64,000 nucleotides of DNA. Origin: Amoebidium appalachense. Its lineage: Eukaryota; Protista; Ichthyosporea. Shown here in pieces: positions 13,702 through 53,907 of the stretch (within the stretch, counting starts at the first letter, position 1; each line of letters opens with the position of its first letter). The stretch covers positions 5,143,962 to 5,207,961 of the forward strand of contig CAVNZM010000007.1 of assembly GCA_963693365.1 (NCBI GenBank), read 5' to 3'. The notes under the pieces were generated by a model, which was not told the origin of the DNA, ran no database searches, and saw nothing but the letters and a program-made list of their open reading frames with translations. Made by a program: the position numbers and the translations under genes.

Positions 13702-14119
13702 GAGGGGCCAGCCAGAATCGGTTGAGTCAACTTGCTCCGAGCAAAATGAAAAGGTCATTCTGCAAAAAGCAGAGTTATCCTGCTACAGGCAGAAGTATTC
13801 AGCAAAAGCAAAGATATCCTGCAAAGCAGGTTTATTCTGCTAAAGCCCGGCTTCTGCAAACAGAAGAATCAAGTTTTGCTTTCAGCAGAAATAATGCTTT
13901 TTGCAGAATTATTCTGCAAAAGCAGACTTATTCTGCAGTTGAAAGCAGGATTATCCTGATTTCTGCGGGGTAGTTCTGCTAAAGGCCGAATAATTCTGCG
14001 AAAAGCAGACTGATTCTGCTCAAAGCAGAATAATTCTGAATATTGCAGAATAACTCTGCCTTTTTTGCAGATTATATCTTCTTTTTGCAAGTTGACGCAG
14101 CCGATGTGGTTGGGCCCTC
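13702..14119. mobile_element. MITE-like non-autonomous DNA transposon, ~420 bp, ~33-bp TIRs
   Basis: Left end GAGGGGCCAGCCAGAATCGGTTGAGTCAACTTGC matches the reverse complement of the right end, GAGGGCCCAACCACATCGGCTGCGTCAACTTGC. The interior is degenerate palindromic GCAGAATAATTCTGC repeats. No clear TSD. Confidence 0.75.
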
Positions 14120-14949
14120 ATTCGTCTTATTTTTATTAATAAACCGGTGTGATAGGGCAGTTAACTATTAGATCAAGCCGATTCTCTAGATGCCTCCCAA
14201 ACCAACCTCCCTCACCCCCCCCCCCCCCCCCCCCCCCACCCCCACACACACACACACACACACACAGACAGACAGACAAAATTCAATGACTACGAGCCTC
14301 TGGCCCACCTAAAAATCTTTCGTAGCTAATATATATCTCGTGTCTCATATATACATCCGTCCATCTACAGTATCGATAGCAGCCGTTTGTGTCCGGCCAA
14401 CACTGGTCTTTCTCATTGTGTCCCTTCCCAGAAACATGATCTGATATTTGATTGGTCGGTGCGCTGTGTGGAATTTTCCCGGTTTGACGAGTGATCAGCC
14501 TTTAGTCTCATAGGACTCCAATATGCGTTTGGGACAACCTCCCTCTCCCGCTCCCCCCCCCCCCCCCCCTCCCCCCCCCCCATCCCCCTGCTCCCTCCCC
14601 TCCCCCCTCCCCCCGTAAAAAAACAGATATTATCCTGGCCCCACCCTTTCCTCTTTCCCCCCTACAAAACACACACACACATGCCCCCCCTCCCGTCTTC
14701 CCTTCCAACACACACACACACACACACGCGCGCGCGCGCACACACACACACACACATGCATGCATGCACAAACCCTTCATCGCACCGATGCCATGCACTC
14801 CAAACACCCACCATCACTATGCCATCACCACTCACCCTCCCCTCCCCCGGGCCCAATCCCCCCCACCAAATTCCCCGGAGCATTTGTGATTGTTAGTACT
14901 TGATCCTGAGTAACAACTGACCACCCCCCCCCCCCCCCCCCCCCGTTTA

Positions 14950-14981
<32 letters not shown>

Positions 14982-15826
14982 CGATAGGTGGCTGCTGTCA
15001 TTATATAGTGATCACCTCCCCCCCCCCCCCCATCTAAAGCGGCAAACCGAGGTACACCGATAGGAGGATCATTAATGGTTCAACTCGACATCACTACCAT
15101 AAACTAACGTGTTTTTGCTAGAGGGAGGTAACATGTGTGTGCGTGTGTGTGTGAGTTTGGGGGGGGAGGGGGGGGGGGGGGGGGGGGAGGTTGTGGGGTG
15201 GGGGTCGGGGTGGGTAGGTTGGTTGGTGAGTGGGTGGGTGGGTGGGGTGAGGTGGGGGGGAGAGAAGGAAGGGGTAACCATAGGCTACGACTATGAAGGA
15301 ATAATTTTCACCAGAGAGCGGCAGCAGTCCGAACTGATTGGTTACACTCTTTTGTCGGTTTACGCAACTGTTATCCGGGAGGGGGGGGGGGGGGGGGGGG
15401 GGAGGGGGGGGAGGGGGGGGGGGGGGAAGGCGGAGCACATGGGGGGGAAGGGGGGGGAGGGGGAGGGGGGGGGGGGGGCACATAGATTTAGTTTATTCAG
15501 GTTGGCATCACGCTCTCTTGAAAGTGGTAAGACATCAAAGGAACGAATAACTTCTCAATGTAATCATTAAAAACTCCAACACAATCCTTCAATTTTTTTC
15601 AATATAATTATTATTGAAAGTATACGCATAAACATCAATTGGGGCCAAACTCAGGCAGCCGCAGCATACAACCTACAGGCGTCCGTGTCATTCCTACACA
15701 TTCCACACGTGTGGCCTGATTCAAAATACATTCAGCCCTTCTCCCACACATCCCAACCAGCATTCTGTAACCTTAAAAATAGAACCAATTTTCGAACCCT
15801 TTAACGTAAATCAAAAAAAAATTACG

Positions 15827-20036
<4,210 letters not shown>

Positions 20037-22283
20037 CTTCGTCACTGCAGCAGCCGCTGCCAGGTTGGAGTCCCCCTAATTCTCCTTTTTTTTAAAAAAA
20101 TCTTAAAACGAAAGTGACAGCAGTGCGTTTTTCTAATGGGTTAGTTAATTTCACTTATTATCCTTCCCTGTGTGCACGTTATTTGGTTGATTGCAAGGTC
20201 CGTTTTGCTTGAAGGCAGATGTGCACGTGTGCCAGAGTGTCTTTTCACAACAAGGTGTTTTGCCTCATAGGTAGGTCTCAAATGTGCACAAAGGCTATGA
20301 GAATTTTATCGCCTGGACAGATTTTTGTTTACAGGTAGATGTGGTATTGGGTAGAAAGAAGTTGTTCGTTTGTCGAGTTCAATATTCCCAACACTTCGTT
20401 TATATATTCTACAACCTATACTGTAATTCAGTACTAGTATGCAAACTGGGCATGTGGTCTCATGAAATATTTGATATGGTGGCTTGAGCCAAAACCCGCG
20501 AATAAGTTACAGCAGTATATCACCAGTTAAGTAAGTTCTTTTTTTCTTACTATGTGCACTCGTAGTTGCTGGTCTCATAAAGCATGTGGTGCAAAACTAA
20601 AGGGCCCAAAAGAAATTCGGCTGGGGAAAAAAGTCAGCCTGAGGCCAGGCCTCCTCTGCTCGCACAAAAATAGTTAGATGCACGGTGTTTCCGGATAGGG
20701 CTCCCTAGCGTGACAAAATGGGTGGCACAGGCAGCTAGCTGTATGACATAAGGATGGTTGGTAGAAAAATGCACACACACTATCTGAAATGGCACCTTAT
20801 TAGCAATCTTAGCAGAGTCTTAAAAAAAAGAAAAAATGCAGAAACATGGGTACCTCTCAGTTGTCTCGTGTATGTCACCTTCGTGCCTCTGTACCCCCCT
20901 GATGACCGTGGTTTCATCGGATTGGCTATTGCAGGTGAGCCCTTGTTTGTAACCATATGATTGGTCATTGGAACATGATGAAAGTTTGTGCCTAACCGCG
21001 GTCTTAGTGAATGCAAAAAATGGTGGGCCGGGCAGGTATATGAATAAATTGGGTTAAAAAGAAACAGGAAATGTTTTGGGGGTGGATATATATTCAGGAC
21101 TATTCCTCGTTTTCTGGCGCAAGAAAGGCTTCGAGAGGCCAAAGGATTACAACAAGTTGAATTCTCCCTATACACTCGTGTATTCTGGGAACAAGGCAGA
21201 CAGCCAATCATACAAGTGTGTTTAGTTCAAGGATTCTCCGGCTTCTGAGGCACAAATGTGGTAGCTCCCACAAGTTCCCAAGTGCCTACAAATATGTGCT
21301 TGGGCTGCACATAAGAATTCGTCGGTAAATGTATATTTGGCAATGATTCATAGAAAGTCAAATACACACAGAAAGCCTATTATGACATATGTAAACACGC
21401 CTTGAGAACAATAGCGTTGTCCGCAGCTGGTGCCTAATATTAGAAACAATCACGTAATCGCCAAATCACATGTGTGATATTTAGCTAATGGTTGTGAATT
21501 CGTTGGTTTCCGGCGTGCCGGCGGCTGCCACAGGCATCAATGGCTGTTAGTCCCCCAGGCTGTGCTTCTTCTCCCTTGTTCTTCTTTCTTTCTTTTTGGG
21601 GAGTGCCTTAAAATACAGATAGTACATGCACGCTGAATAAAACCTGCCTGTTGCGCACTAACAATCCGGCGTGGAATCACGAAGTAATGCAGCACGCGCG
21701 CACAGGATATGCATACAGTTGGAAGGTCACACCATCTTCATGGTTTTTTCAGTATGACGTTCATATCATTTCCGCCCTTGACTAAATAGTGGCTGTTGCA
21801 TGCACAGATCCTTGCAGCTGAGTGATGAGCATCACCAACGCAAGAGGAATATGTAAGTAGCCCGTTGCAATATTGCAAGCAACTGCATTATGCATTATAG
21901 AAGATCTCCCGTGGCATTTACAGAATTCTGCCCCGGGCACATCTCTGCTTTTGATGCGTTTATCGACGCCGTTGACAACAACCTGGGGTAAAAGCTGGAG
22001 AACCGCGAAGGTGCGCTTTTGGAAAGCACAAAAAAAAAAAAAAAAAAAAAAAAAAAAGAAACCAGTGATGCAAGCTTGAGGATCTTGAAGGGTCGTACGT
22101 CTACACCACAAAAAGTGCCTGCAAGTCGCAAAGCCAAATGCACGAAATACTTATATATATGTATCGCATCGTTGTGGCGGGTGATGAAGTAAAAAAGAGA
22201 GTGCGGAAAGAAGGAATAAAGAGGTGGCCAAAAAAAAAAAAAAAAAAAGAGCGGAAGGTTTGCACCCCTGCGTCGGGGGCCAT

Positions 22284-22355
22284 AGGGACCAGCCAGATTC
22301 GAACTAGCGACCTATCGGGCTGCAACCGATTGCTCTACCACTGAGCTATAGCCCC
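22284..22355 (-). tRNA. tRNA-Cys (GCA), copy 1
   Basis: GGGGCTATAGCTCAGTGGTAGAGCAATCGGTTGCAGCCCGATAGGTCGCTAGTTCGAATCTGGCTGGTCCCT folds as a cloverleaf with anticodon stem ATCGG/CCGAT, loop TTGCAGC and U73. A T-run terminator follows a 35-nt trailer. Confidence 0.93.
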
Positions 22356-22935
22356 TTCCGATGATTGCATCAGCATACGATCGTATATAAACCTGTATAT
22401 ACATAAGCTTACAGATTTTTTATTAGCTTGAACCGGGATACGATCCATATATACATGCATACACGCACGCGCGCGCACACAAACATCGCGTAGACACGTG
22501 CGTGTACACGTGTGTTTTATATGCTCAATATAGTTAAGAGGTTCTTGACGGCTATTCCATGATATATGTACTTCGGTACTCGGTTCTGCAAGGCCTTGTT
22601 CGTCGACTGGTCCTCAGTGTATATGTAGCCGGTGCCAGTGCACATGTGTGTGTGCTGGCGCTTGTGTATGCGTGTGTGCGTGCGTGTGTGCGTGCCTTTT
22701 TGTGTGTGCGGGGGGAGAGGGGGGAGGGTGCCACATGCATGCGGTGCCCACAGGTGATGATGTACATGTATATCATGATGTGCACAAATAAAATACACGA
22801 ATTGATCGAACTCAAGGCTTTCTTATTTGCAAGTGGGGCAAGAATTCAAAATACCAATGATATTTACAAAGGTCCGTGTACGGACATGTACACTGTCAGA
22901 AATAATGCAATAGCATGTGGAGCCTATCCTCCTCC

Positions 22936-22967
<32 letters not shown>

Positions 22968-23138
22968 ACACTTCCCCCGGGGCCGGGGGAGGGGGATCCG
23001 GAAAGAAACAGAGTTTGTTTGTGTGTGTGTGTGTGTGTGGGCGGGGGGGGGGGGGGGGGGGGGGGGGGGATGTATACTACATATTGTTTTGTCGAGATTT
23101 GAATTATGGAGGTGGAGACATCAAAGTTAAATCAAGCA

Positions 23139-23233
23139 CAATCCAATATAATATACATACAAACCAAACACGTGCACCAGCTCAGCACAATCCAATATAG
23201 TATACATACAAACCAAACACGTGCACCAGCTCC
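23139..23233. repeat. Tandem duplication of ~45-49 bp
   Basis: CAATCCAATATA(A/G)TATACATACAAACCAAACACGTGCACCAGCTC occurs twice. Confidence 0.85.
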
Positions 23234-23976
23234 TTGAAAAAAAAGTCCAAACAGAAGACAGATTAACAAGAGAGCTCTCATCATTAGGTGTTTCTATTTG
23301 TTTTTATGCCTCCACAAAAGAATGGAATTCGGACCTTTTCGGCCCTCTAATCTTTTGCATGTGGTCAACGTTCGCAGCCCATTCTTTTGTTCCAACGGCA
23401 ACAGGCGGCGGGGATGGTTCATGCATGAATCACTTTTTTTTTGTTTTTTAAAAAAGAAATCTTTATTTTAAATGTTCACGGGGCCCAAGCCTAAGGCCTT
23501 AAGTTTCTGGATGACCAGGAATGGCATCACATTTTCAACATCTTTGCGGATATCCCGAATACCCCCCCCCCCCCCCCCCCCCCAAAGGCTCTTACAAGTT
23601 GTCATGACTGTTTACTAAGTAAAAGCCTCTGCTCATATTACTAACGTGGGAAAACAGCGTGTTGCTCTGTGTGTGTGTGTGTGTGTGTGGGCGGCATGTG
23701 TTCAACTTGTCAGGTGTGTGAACAAATGCGTGCGAAAAACGTTCACGATATGTATATGTGCAACTTTGCTCATGGGCATGGGTGATGCGAGGAAAAACCC
23801 CGGGCTTTGCACATTCTCTACAAACCTGTTACACGATTGAGAAACACATTTTCCATACTGATAATCAATATTCACTGAACTGTTTTTGCACTCTTTGCTG
23901 ACCCCCCCCCCACCCCACCCCCCCTCCCCCTTCAAAATAAAATAATATAATAAACACATACACACACCTATGCAAT

Positions 23977-24019
<43 letters not shown>

Positions 24020-24184
24020 AAAAAGAAAAGGCATCAGGGATTTTTGAAAAAAAGTGCTCATTCCCCCGTTCCTCCTCCCCCTGGTCGTTGCCGCTCGCGC
24101 CGTTGCAACACACAAGGCGAAGGGCAACAGTTACCGAATGCATTCATGATCATATGTTGGGGTGGTACTTGAAGGGGAGTCCAG

Positions 24185-36751
<12,567 letters not shown>

Positions 36752-38499
36752 TCTCGTTTAGTGTCTGAAGGTCACTTCGTATGTGTGCTGTGCAGCGTGG
36801 ATCTTTGGGCAGAATCGTACACTGGTTGTCCAAAACGCCTACTGTACCAAGATCTACGCACTAGATGTATTTTCTCTGGCCCACTATAAACGACGAGCAA
36901 ATGTTAGCCCAGGTAACAAGAACAATGCCGTTGAATCAGTGAGTGCACTTCTGAAGCGTTTGAAAAAAAAAATCGACTCAGCCTGTGAGCCATCATGAGA
37001 CAATCGGCAATACATGAACAGGGTATTGAGCCAACCATCGAAGCTAATCGCTTTTTTATAAAACAAAACAGGTCAAGCTAGTTTTTAAAGCCCTGTTGTA
37101 GACCTTAGCTAGATAAAGGTCATGTAGGTCTATCTCCGAGTAAATTGAAGGTGGAGTGAGGAGTAGACGGAAGAGAGCCGGACGTGATCATGTGAGAGGG
37201 AGTGAGGCAGGGAGGGTGGGAGGGAGAGTGAATAAGGGCGAGCTCTTGCATGCTGTTGCGCTAGACCCCTGCCTTAAAAAGGGGGAGGGTGTGGTGTGTG
37301 TGCGTGGGGGGGGGGAAGGGGGGGGGGGGGGGGGGATAGGGGCAGGGGAGCTTCGGGGGGGGGGGGGGGGGAGGGCCGCCGAGAGGGAGCCCAAAAGTGG
37401 CCTGAGGAATTCGAACCTGGTGGAATGAACGTGAAGGAAACCTTTACTCGTGGGGGACAGTAACTGAATAATCCGTCATTATTCAAGCTGTGGGTGAGGG
37501 ATGGAGTGAAGGAGTTCGTGTGTGTGTGTGTGTTAGGGGAGGGGGGAGGAGGAGGGGTGTCACGGGTAATGGTGGTGATGGTGGTGGGTGGGTGGGTGGG
37601 GGGGGGGGGGAGGGGAGGGGGGAGGGGGGGGGGGAGGGGGGGGGGGGGGGGGAAGAAGGTTCCAAAACTGGCAAGGGCTCACCGAGAGGTAAATGTAATA
37701 TACAAAAAGACGGTTTCCATTTACCCGTTTTGTTATTCTCACTAAATGCCCCTCCCCCCCACCCCCAACCCCCCGCCCCCCTCCCCTTCTTGCTTCGTCC
37801 CCCCCCCCTACCCCCTCCCCCCCACCCCCCTCCCCCCTCCCCCCCCCCCTTCCACAACACTGTCAACTTGACAAGTATCCACAGGCTTTCTACACGTCAA
37901 CAATCTTTCGACAGTTTGAAAGTTTTATTACATTTTCTAGACACCGAATGGTGTGTTTCTTTTAACGTGAACGATGTCTTCAAGTTGGGCCTGGGTGATT
38001 GCAGCATGGTGATGAAGCACATGTTATTGCTTCTCAACCCAACGAGACACCCACTTACATTTAGGAGGATGAACACACAGTGGCACGTCGGAGGCATTGT
38101 GAAGGACTGCAGCCAGCAGCTGTGCTGTCTGAACTATATAAAACAGAAGTGGGGTTAAGAGGGTGCCGGTAGAAATGAGTTTTAATGGTACATATGAAGT
38201 CGGTTGCAATTAATAGTCTCTGGATAGTATTAAGCACAATAGTGAGAGTGAGCTACAATATGGTTGGCCAATTATCTTTTGTGTGTCATTTTGTCAAGCT
38301 GCACCCAACCACAACGGGCACACACCATCAACTTCGGACAAAATTTTGAGAACACGTTTGATTTTGAGCCCGGGATGTGAAGCGTGAAGACATCCAGCAA
38401 GCGAACAATTTTGCACGTTCATTTCCGCGTGGTGCATTATGAAGTAAGCAGCGCAGTAGTTTGTACAGGCTACCTGCGCGCTGGAGGTCTAGTGATGTC

Positions 38500-38596
38500 A
38501 TCATCATTCGTGCTTTCATGTTGTGCATGCTATCATCATTCGTGCTTTCATGTTGTGCTATCATCATTCGTGCTTTCATGTTGTGCATGCTGTCAT
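38500..38596. repeat. Tandem repeat, ~28-32-bp unit x3
   Basis: Unit TCATCATTCGTGCTTTCATGTTGTGC(ATGC)TA. Confidence 0.9.
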
Positions 38597-40101
38597 GGGC
38601 AACAGGCCCAGCTGCCAGCCCGACTCGAGCTCTCAAAAGGCTCTCAGGCTCAGTCCGCTAGATCTAGACAAGGCGGGAAAATTGACCAATCAGCTGCTTG
38701 AAACATATCTTCCTCGTTGCATGTTGGGGGTATTTTTTTTTGAAATTTTTTCTTTTTCTTTTGATTCGGTTTTATTGATCCGTTGATGAAGGCAACGGTG
38801 CAGCCACAGGCTACATAACCACCAATAGAACTGAAAAAGCCAAAGCTACGAAATAAAAATAAAGCGACAAGTGACAAAGGACACCAGCGGGCAAAACCTT
38901 AAGTGTACGTGTATGCGTGAAACTATTTTGCTCCAACTAGTCATATGCATCGATGTTGACCAACCACACTCCGCCGAGACATCATTACTGCTGCTTCCCA
39001 ACAGGCCCCCCTCAAAACCTACCGAGGCACAGCAAGCAAGTCAGCCTCTCAATGCAGACCAAATCTGAGCTAAAAAACAATCCCAACGGGCCCGATAACC
39101 CGGAGAAACTGCATCTACATAGCTCTCTGATAAGGTGGCCTAGTTGTGGCAGGACACACAGAAAAACACAATTACAGAATGCATGCAAGCAAACCCGGTC
39201 ATTGCCATACGACTGGAGGCTAAGGTACTGGCAGTCACTTGGAAAGCTCCCCGACGACCAAGTAGCCGCCCCTCCACTCACGCAGCGCAGAAGTAGCTGA
39301 AGAAGTTGCAGCAGTCCACCGCCAATAGGTCGCGTAGATGCGTAGACAGCGTGTAGAAGTTACCATAGGTTTCAGTGGACCACCAGGCGTTGAAGAAACC
39401 ACTTCTGAAAAATTGTCTAACGCCTTTTTTGTATCATTATTCTCAAGTAATAGTAGTAAATCGAGTAGCCCACACTTTAACCCCCCAACATGGGTATAGG
39501 AGGATTAGCGCCCCTGGGCCAGCGTTTTCCAGCAGCGTTTTCCTCGTTTTCCCCAGCCATGGCCAGCTGCAGTTTCAGGTCGGACAGTCTTAAAGCAAGG
39601 TTTAGGGTTTTCTAAGTAAAGCAAAGCCCTTAAGAAATTTACGCATTTTTTTTTTTTTTTTCTCCATGCGATGCGAACGAGACAGAATTGGGTTGGGTTG
39701 CACACGAAGGTTCTTTTCGCACCTGAATATGACCAGCTTATATATAAAGCAGCTTGTCAGGTTTTCGCTTGCTTGAACACGTTAATTCTGTTCAAGGGGG
39801 GCGAGCACATAATAGTTGTGTGGGAATAGATGTGTGGGACTTCGGTTTCTTTTCAAGCGGATACGCAACCATCCTTTGGCCTGCTCAATTTGAGGGCCAA
39901 CTTTACCAAGTTCTTTCTTTGTCCGTGAAAAAATTCGTGAGAGTTTGCTCTGTCATTTTTTTTTCTTTTTTTCATTTTTTTTTCTCTTAGGCACTCACTC
40001 TCCCACACATTTCTACACGCATATTTGACGACAAAAGATTTGCATGGATCATAGCTACTTCAACATCTCCTCCCCCCCGCATCTTACCCCAGACACGTAC
40101 C

Positions 40102-49833
<9,732 letters not shown>

Positions 49834-51104
49834 GTAGGAGTGTCGGGTTTAGTGTTGAGGGAAATAGAATGTCGTTTTTAAAGGATATTTGAAGAAGGAT
49901 ATATACGTATAGGTGTCCAGTATGTTGTTTGTTTAGTGAGCAAGTAAATTGATTATTTCGAAGGTGCCATGATGGGTGATTGACAGCATATCATTATATG
50001 TGCATGTGCATGGGGATTTATTTCGGGTGCCGGTGGGCAGGCAGGTACGTTTCTCTGACATTGGGGAATATTCCAGCTATTGCAATGACGCAAAACTGGT
50101 GGTTGGGTACATTACAGATGCAAGCTATATTCCGTATTATTAAGTATTGTATTGATATTGATATCCATAGAAAGATAGGTAGGTATTGATGTGCATTACG
50201 CCAATATTAGGATGGTGTACATGTTGTGAGCACTTTGAGTTCGAATAAAAAACATGGGCTTGTACATGTATGTGTATATCGTATATCGTTGATGCAGCAA
50301 GGCTTTAAATTTATGGGCATGCACACCCAATTAGGACACTCGTTACCCTATGCTTTCTAACGAAGCAAGCGGAAGGGAAACTCAGAAACCCTTCAGAGAA
50401 GAATTCGAAGGCTACTATAGTATCAGGTGCAGTGAAAGACTTATTGAATGCTTGTGAGCTTTGTATAGGCAGATATGGCATTTTGGCTGTTACATATTGT
50501 AATAACATGATAATTATTGTCGTGAATAAAAAAGGGAATGTGTTTGGTGCACTTTTGTCTTTAGTGCAGGTGCACGTAGCTTTTTTTCTATTTTTTATTT
50601 TTTATTTTATCACAACAGTTCCCGCGGGACCTTTTCAGTCCCTCTAGGGAAATTACCGTCTTCTACATGGCAAAGACAGTCCACTATGCAGTTAGGATGC
50701 TATCTATGTACTCAGCTAAGCTAAGCAATACTTCGCAAACCTAACTATCGCGATCGTACATGTTGCCCAGGGTTACCGTACCCAGCCATGGCCACGCCGG
50801 CAGGCTCCGAGAGCACGTGGCGATGTTAGTAGAGGTTCGAAGTCTTTGTGTGTTTGTGTACGTGTACATGCATTTACATCTGTTGGGTAATGGTGCACGT
50901 GGTGCTGATGGTCGTGGTGGTTACGGGCGCGACGGTGTGTGGAGGGAGGGAGGGAGGGAGGGAGGGGGACTGGGTCCTGGGCAGGCACGCCACGTACATA
51001 ATTTCGCTGAGCTTTTGAATACGGCATGGAAAATTACTCCGAGGGCCTGCCACTATATATAGCTACGCACCGGGTAGTGCGCTGGCAGGGGGAGGGGAAC
51101 CCGG

Positions 51105-51140
<36 letters not shown>

Positions 51141-51314
51141 GGGGGGGGAGATCTATCAATATAGGAGAGGTATGGTCAGGGGGGCCGGGGGGGGGGGCAG
51201 TCACCAGCCGGCGAATCGGTGATTAGGTTAAATGCTTTAAATCCTTTTAAAAAATTATCAATTTGAAATGATTTAACCATGATTCATAAAAACATCGTAC
51301 TGAAAAATTGCATT

Positions 51315-51391
51315 CTCAATATCATCATATTTGAATGGACTAATCTTCTGGCTATTACGCAACGTTGCGGAGTACAGCCAAAGATATAAAT
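51315..51391 (+). promoter_or_regulatory. Conserved promoter blocks of DUF2087 copy A
   Basis: CTCAATATCAT, ATTACGCAA and AGATATAAAT occur in the same order upstream of copy B (53908-53988). Confidence 0.55.
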
Positions 51392-51558
51392 GGCGAACGA
51401 ACGAGGGCAAACGCCGTTCTGTTAAGTTCTGCTGGAATTCAGAGGAAGAAACTTGAAGATCAAAAACTGCTTAGAATGAGTATCTTGTTCACCTTTTTTT
51501 AGCCTCTTTAGACACTAATTTTTTGCCGCCATTCACACTAGATCAACAAAAACCAAGA

Positions 51559-52005
51559 ATGGTTGCCGACATCTTTCCACCCAACCGTGACCAGCTCATA
51601 GCCGACCTCGGAATGTTTCTTACCCCCGACGGAGTCATTGCTGGGTGGCCGGGTAAAAAGCACCGCGCTTTGAAGGACCTTATGATTGCCTATGTGTGGT
51701 CCCGCTTGGAAACAGGCAAACGCTTCACGGAGTCTGAGATTACAGCTGCCATAAGCGAGGTAATGGGAACATCCGGTGGTGACATCATCCTGTTGCGGCG
51801 TGAGTTGTTTGAGGCTGGTTTGTTGGGGCGGGAGGGGGATGGGTCCGCCTACTGGGTCATGGAAGAGGGAATTGAGAGCAATCCGTGGACATGTGACCAG
51901 ACATGGATAGCAGAGGTAAACGGGAGGGCAGGGAAGGAGAGGCATCCCTCTTTGCTTGCGTGGAAGGCGAAGGAGGAGGTGGGGACGGTGGGAGCAGGAC
52001 GATAG
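51559..52005 (+). CDS. DUF2087-like protein, copy A (intronless; C-terminus frameshifted relative to copy B)
   Basis: FLTPDGVIAGWPGKK...LETGKRFTESEI...DIILLRRELFEAGLLGREGDGSAYW resembles the bacterial DUF2087 pattern. The first true ATG is at 51559. Confidence 0.75.
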   Translation: MVADIFPPNRDQLIADLGMFLTPDGVIAGWPGKKHRALKDLMIAYVWSRLETGKRFTESEITAAISEVMGTSGGDIILLRRELFEAGLLGREGDGSAYWVMEEGIESNPWTCDQTWIAEVNGRAGKERHPSLLAWKAKEEVGTVGAGR

Positions 52006-52400
52006 ATGGTTTGGTAGACTGGATGGGCGATGAGTAAGTCGGGGCTGGGGGATCCGGGGGAACAGAGGGGGGGGAGGGGGTGGGGGGGGGGGGGGAGGGC
52101 TGTCTGTCCCAGTGTTGGTGTTAGGGTTTTTTCAGACTATAACCGATAGATGGGAAGCATGTTTCCTTCGGGTAGGTTCTCTCTGTGAGACTCGGCGTAT
52201 CATATGATCATGTCGATCGCTGAGGCACAGTGGCGATCCACTGTGTGGAGTAACAAAACACAACTAAGATCATCAATTATCCCAAACCTCTAATGTACTA
52301 TTGCACTAAGGTTGTTGGTGTAGGCAGACTAATATTCATAGCTTGTGACGAGGTAAAGCTTTCAGATCGTTGAAACAAACTTTTCGCTTGTCGAACCCCC

Positions 52401-52434
<34 letters not shown>

Positions 52435-52659
52435 CCCTCTCTCCTTCGATAATACCATTGAAAAGTATTATGAGCACATTGACTACCATGTTGCAACCCT
52501 GCCCGTCAAGGCTCTACATGTCTGGCATTTCAGCCGTTAGATCTCTCTCTCTCTCTTCCCCCCCCCCCCCCCCCCCAAAAAAAAAAAAAAAAAAAAAACC
52601 ACCAACCCCATCCCTCCCACCTCCATTCTCATCCAGGCTTTCTCCTCCTCCGACCCCTC

Positions 52660-52695
<36 letters not shown>

Positions 52696-53318
52696 CCTTC
52701 CCTCCAAACCCAACGGCCCCAAAAAACACACCAAAAAAAACCCTTCGGGGTTGATTAGGAGCCCGTTATTGACGAACTCGTAGTGATAGCTGTGTGCATC
52801 TGCTTCGGGCATGTACATGTGCAGCAGGCACGTGGTTGGTTTGCAAAAACTATTATTAGGGTTCTGCTGGTGGTGGTAGCCTGTAAGGGGGGGGGAGGGG
52901 GGGGGGGGGAAGGGGGGGTTTAGGGTAACAGGGATGCCCACAGAGTGATCACAATCTTATCCTCAGAGGGGCTGAGGAAGGTAGAGCAGAGGGACTCTGA
53001 GGAGCGGGAATGTGGCAGAACCGTTTTAGGGCTTAAACACCCAATTTATCCTCAAGGAGAGGGCTGCAATAATGACAGCGCTGAATTCAACATGGATAGT
53101 TTTGCTTGCTACGTGTGGGCGGGTAGAGCCACACGCACCTACAGTAGTAGGCATTAGAGAGGCATGCCCATTTTTTTCCTGCGCACAAAAGCCGGAGAAA
53201 AAATCGAGGAGAGAAGAGAAGGAGGTGAAGATAGGGAGGGATGCGGGGCGGGGGGGGGGGGGGGGGGGGGGGGGAGGGAGAGGGAGAGGGAGAAGGATAG
53301 GGAGAAGGGGAGGGAGAG

Positions 53319-53509
<191 letters not shown>

Positions 53510-53568
53510 CGAGGGAAAGAGGGAGAAAGGGAGGGAGGGAGGGCAAGGCAGGGAGGGAGGGGGGGAGA

Positions 53569-53605
<37 letters not shown>

Positions 53606-53616
53606 GAGGAGAGGAG

Positions 53617-53689
<73 letters not shown>

Positions 53690-53907
53690 GATCGTCGGAC
53701 GGAGATAGTATGGCAGGGGGCTCGTGAGTCGTGAGCTGATATTGAATGTAGTGGCCAGACCGGGCCAGTGCGCAGCAGCGCTACGTTGACTGCTACGTTG
53801 CCGGCGTCTTGGTTGTCAGATTAAAAGATTTGGTCTTCATTTAAACTTTATTTAATATCTTTTTTTGGCCATTATCCAACTTGGTTAAGTTTAAAGATTC
53901 TACTAAC

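Noticed and set aside
22880-22930. NNAIACGAYP resembling cathepsin NNGPIACG
   Set aside because: Short chance similarity with no splice sites or further homology.
37395-37480. B-box-like GGTTCGAATTCC followed by TTTT on the minus strand
   Set aside because: No A box or cloverleaf could be built.
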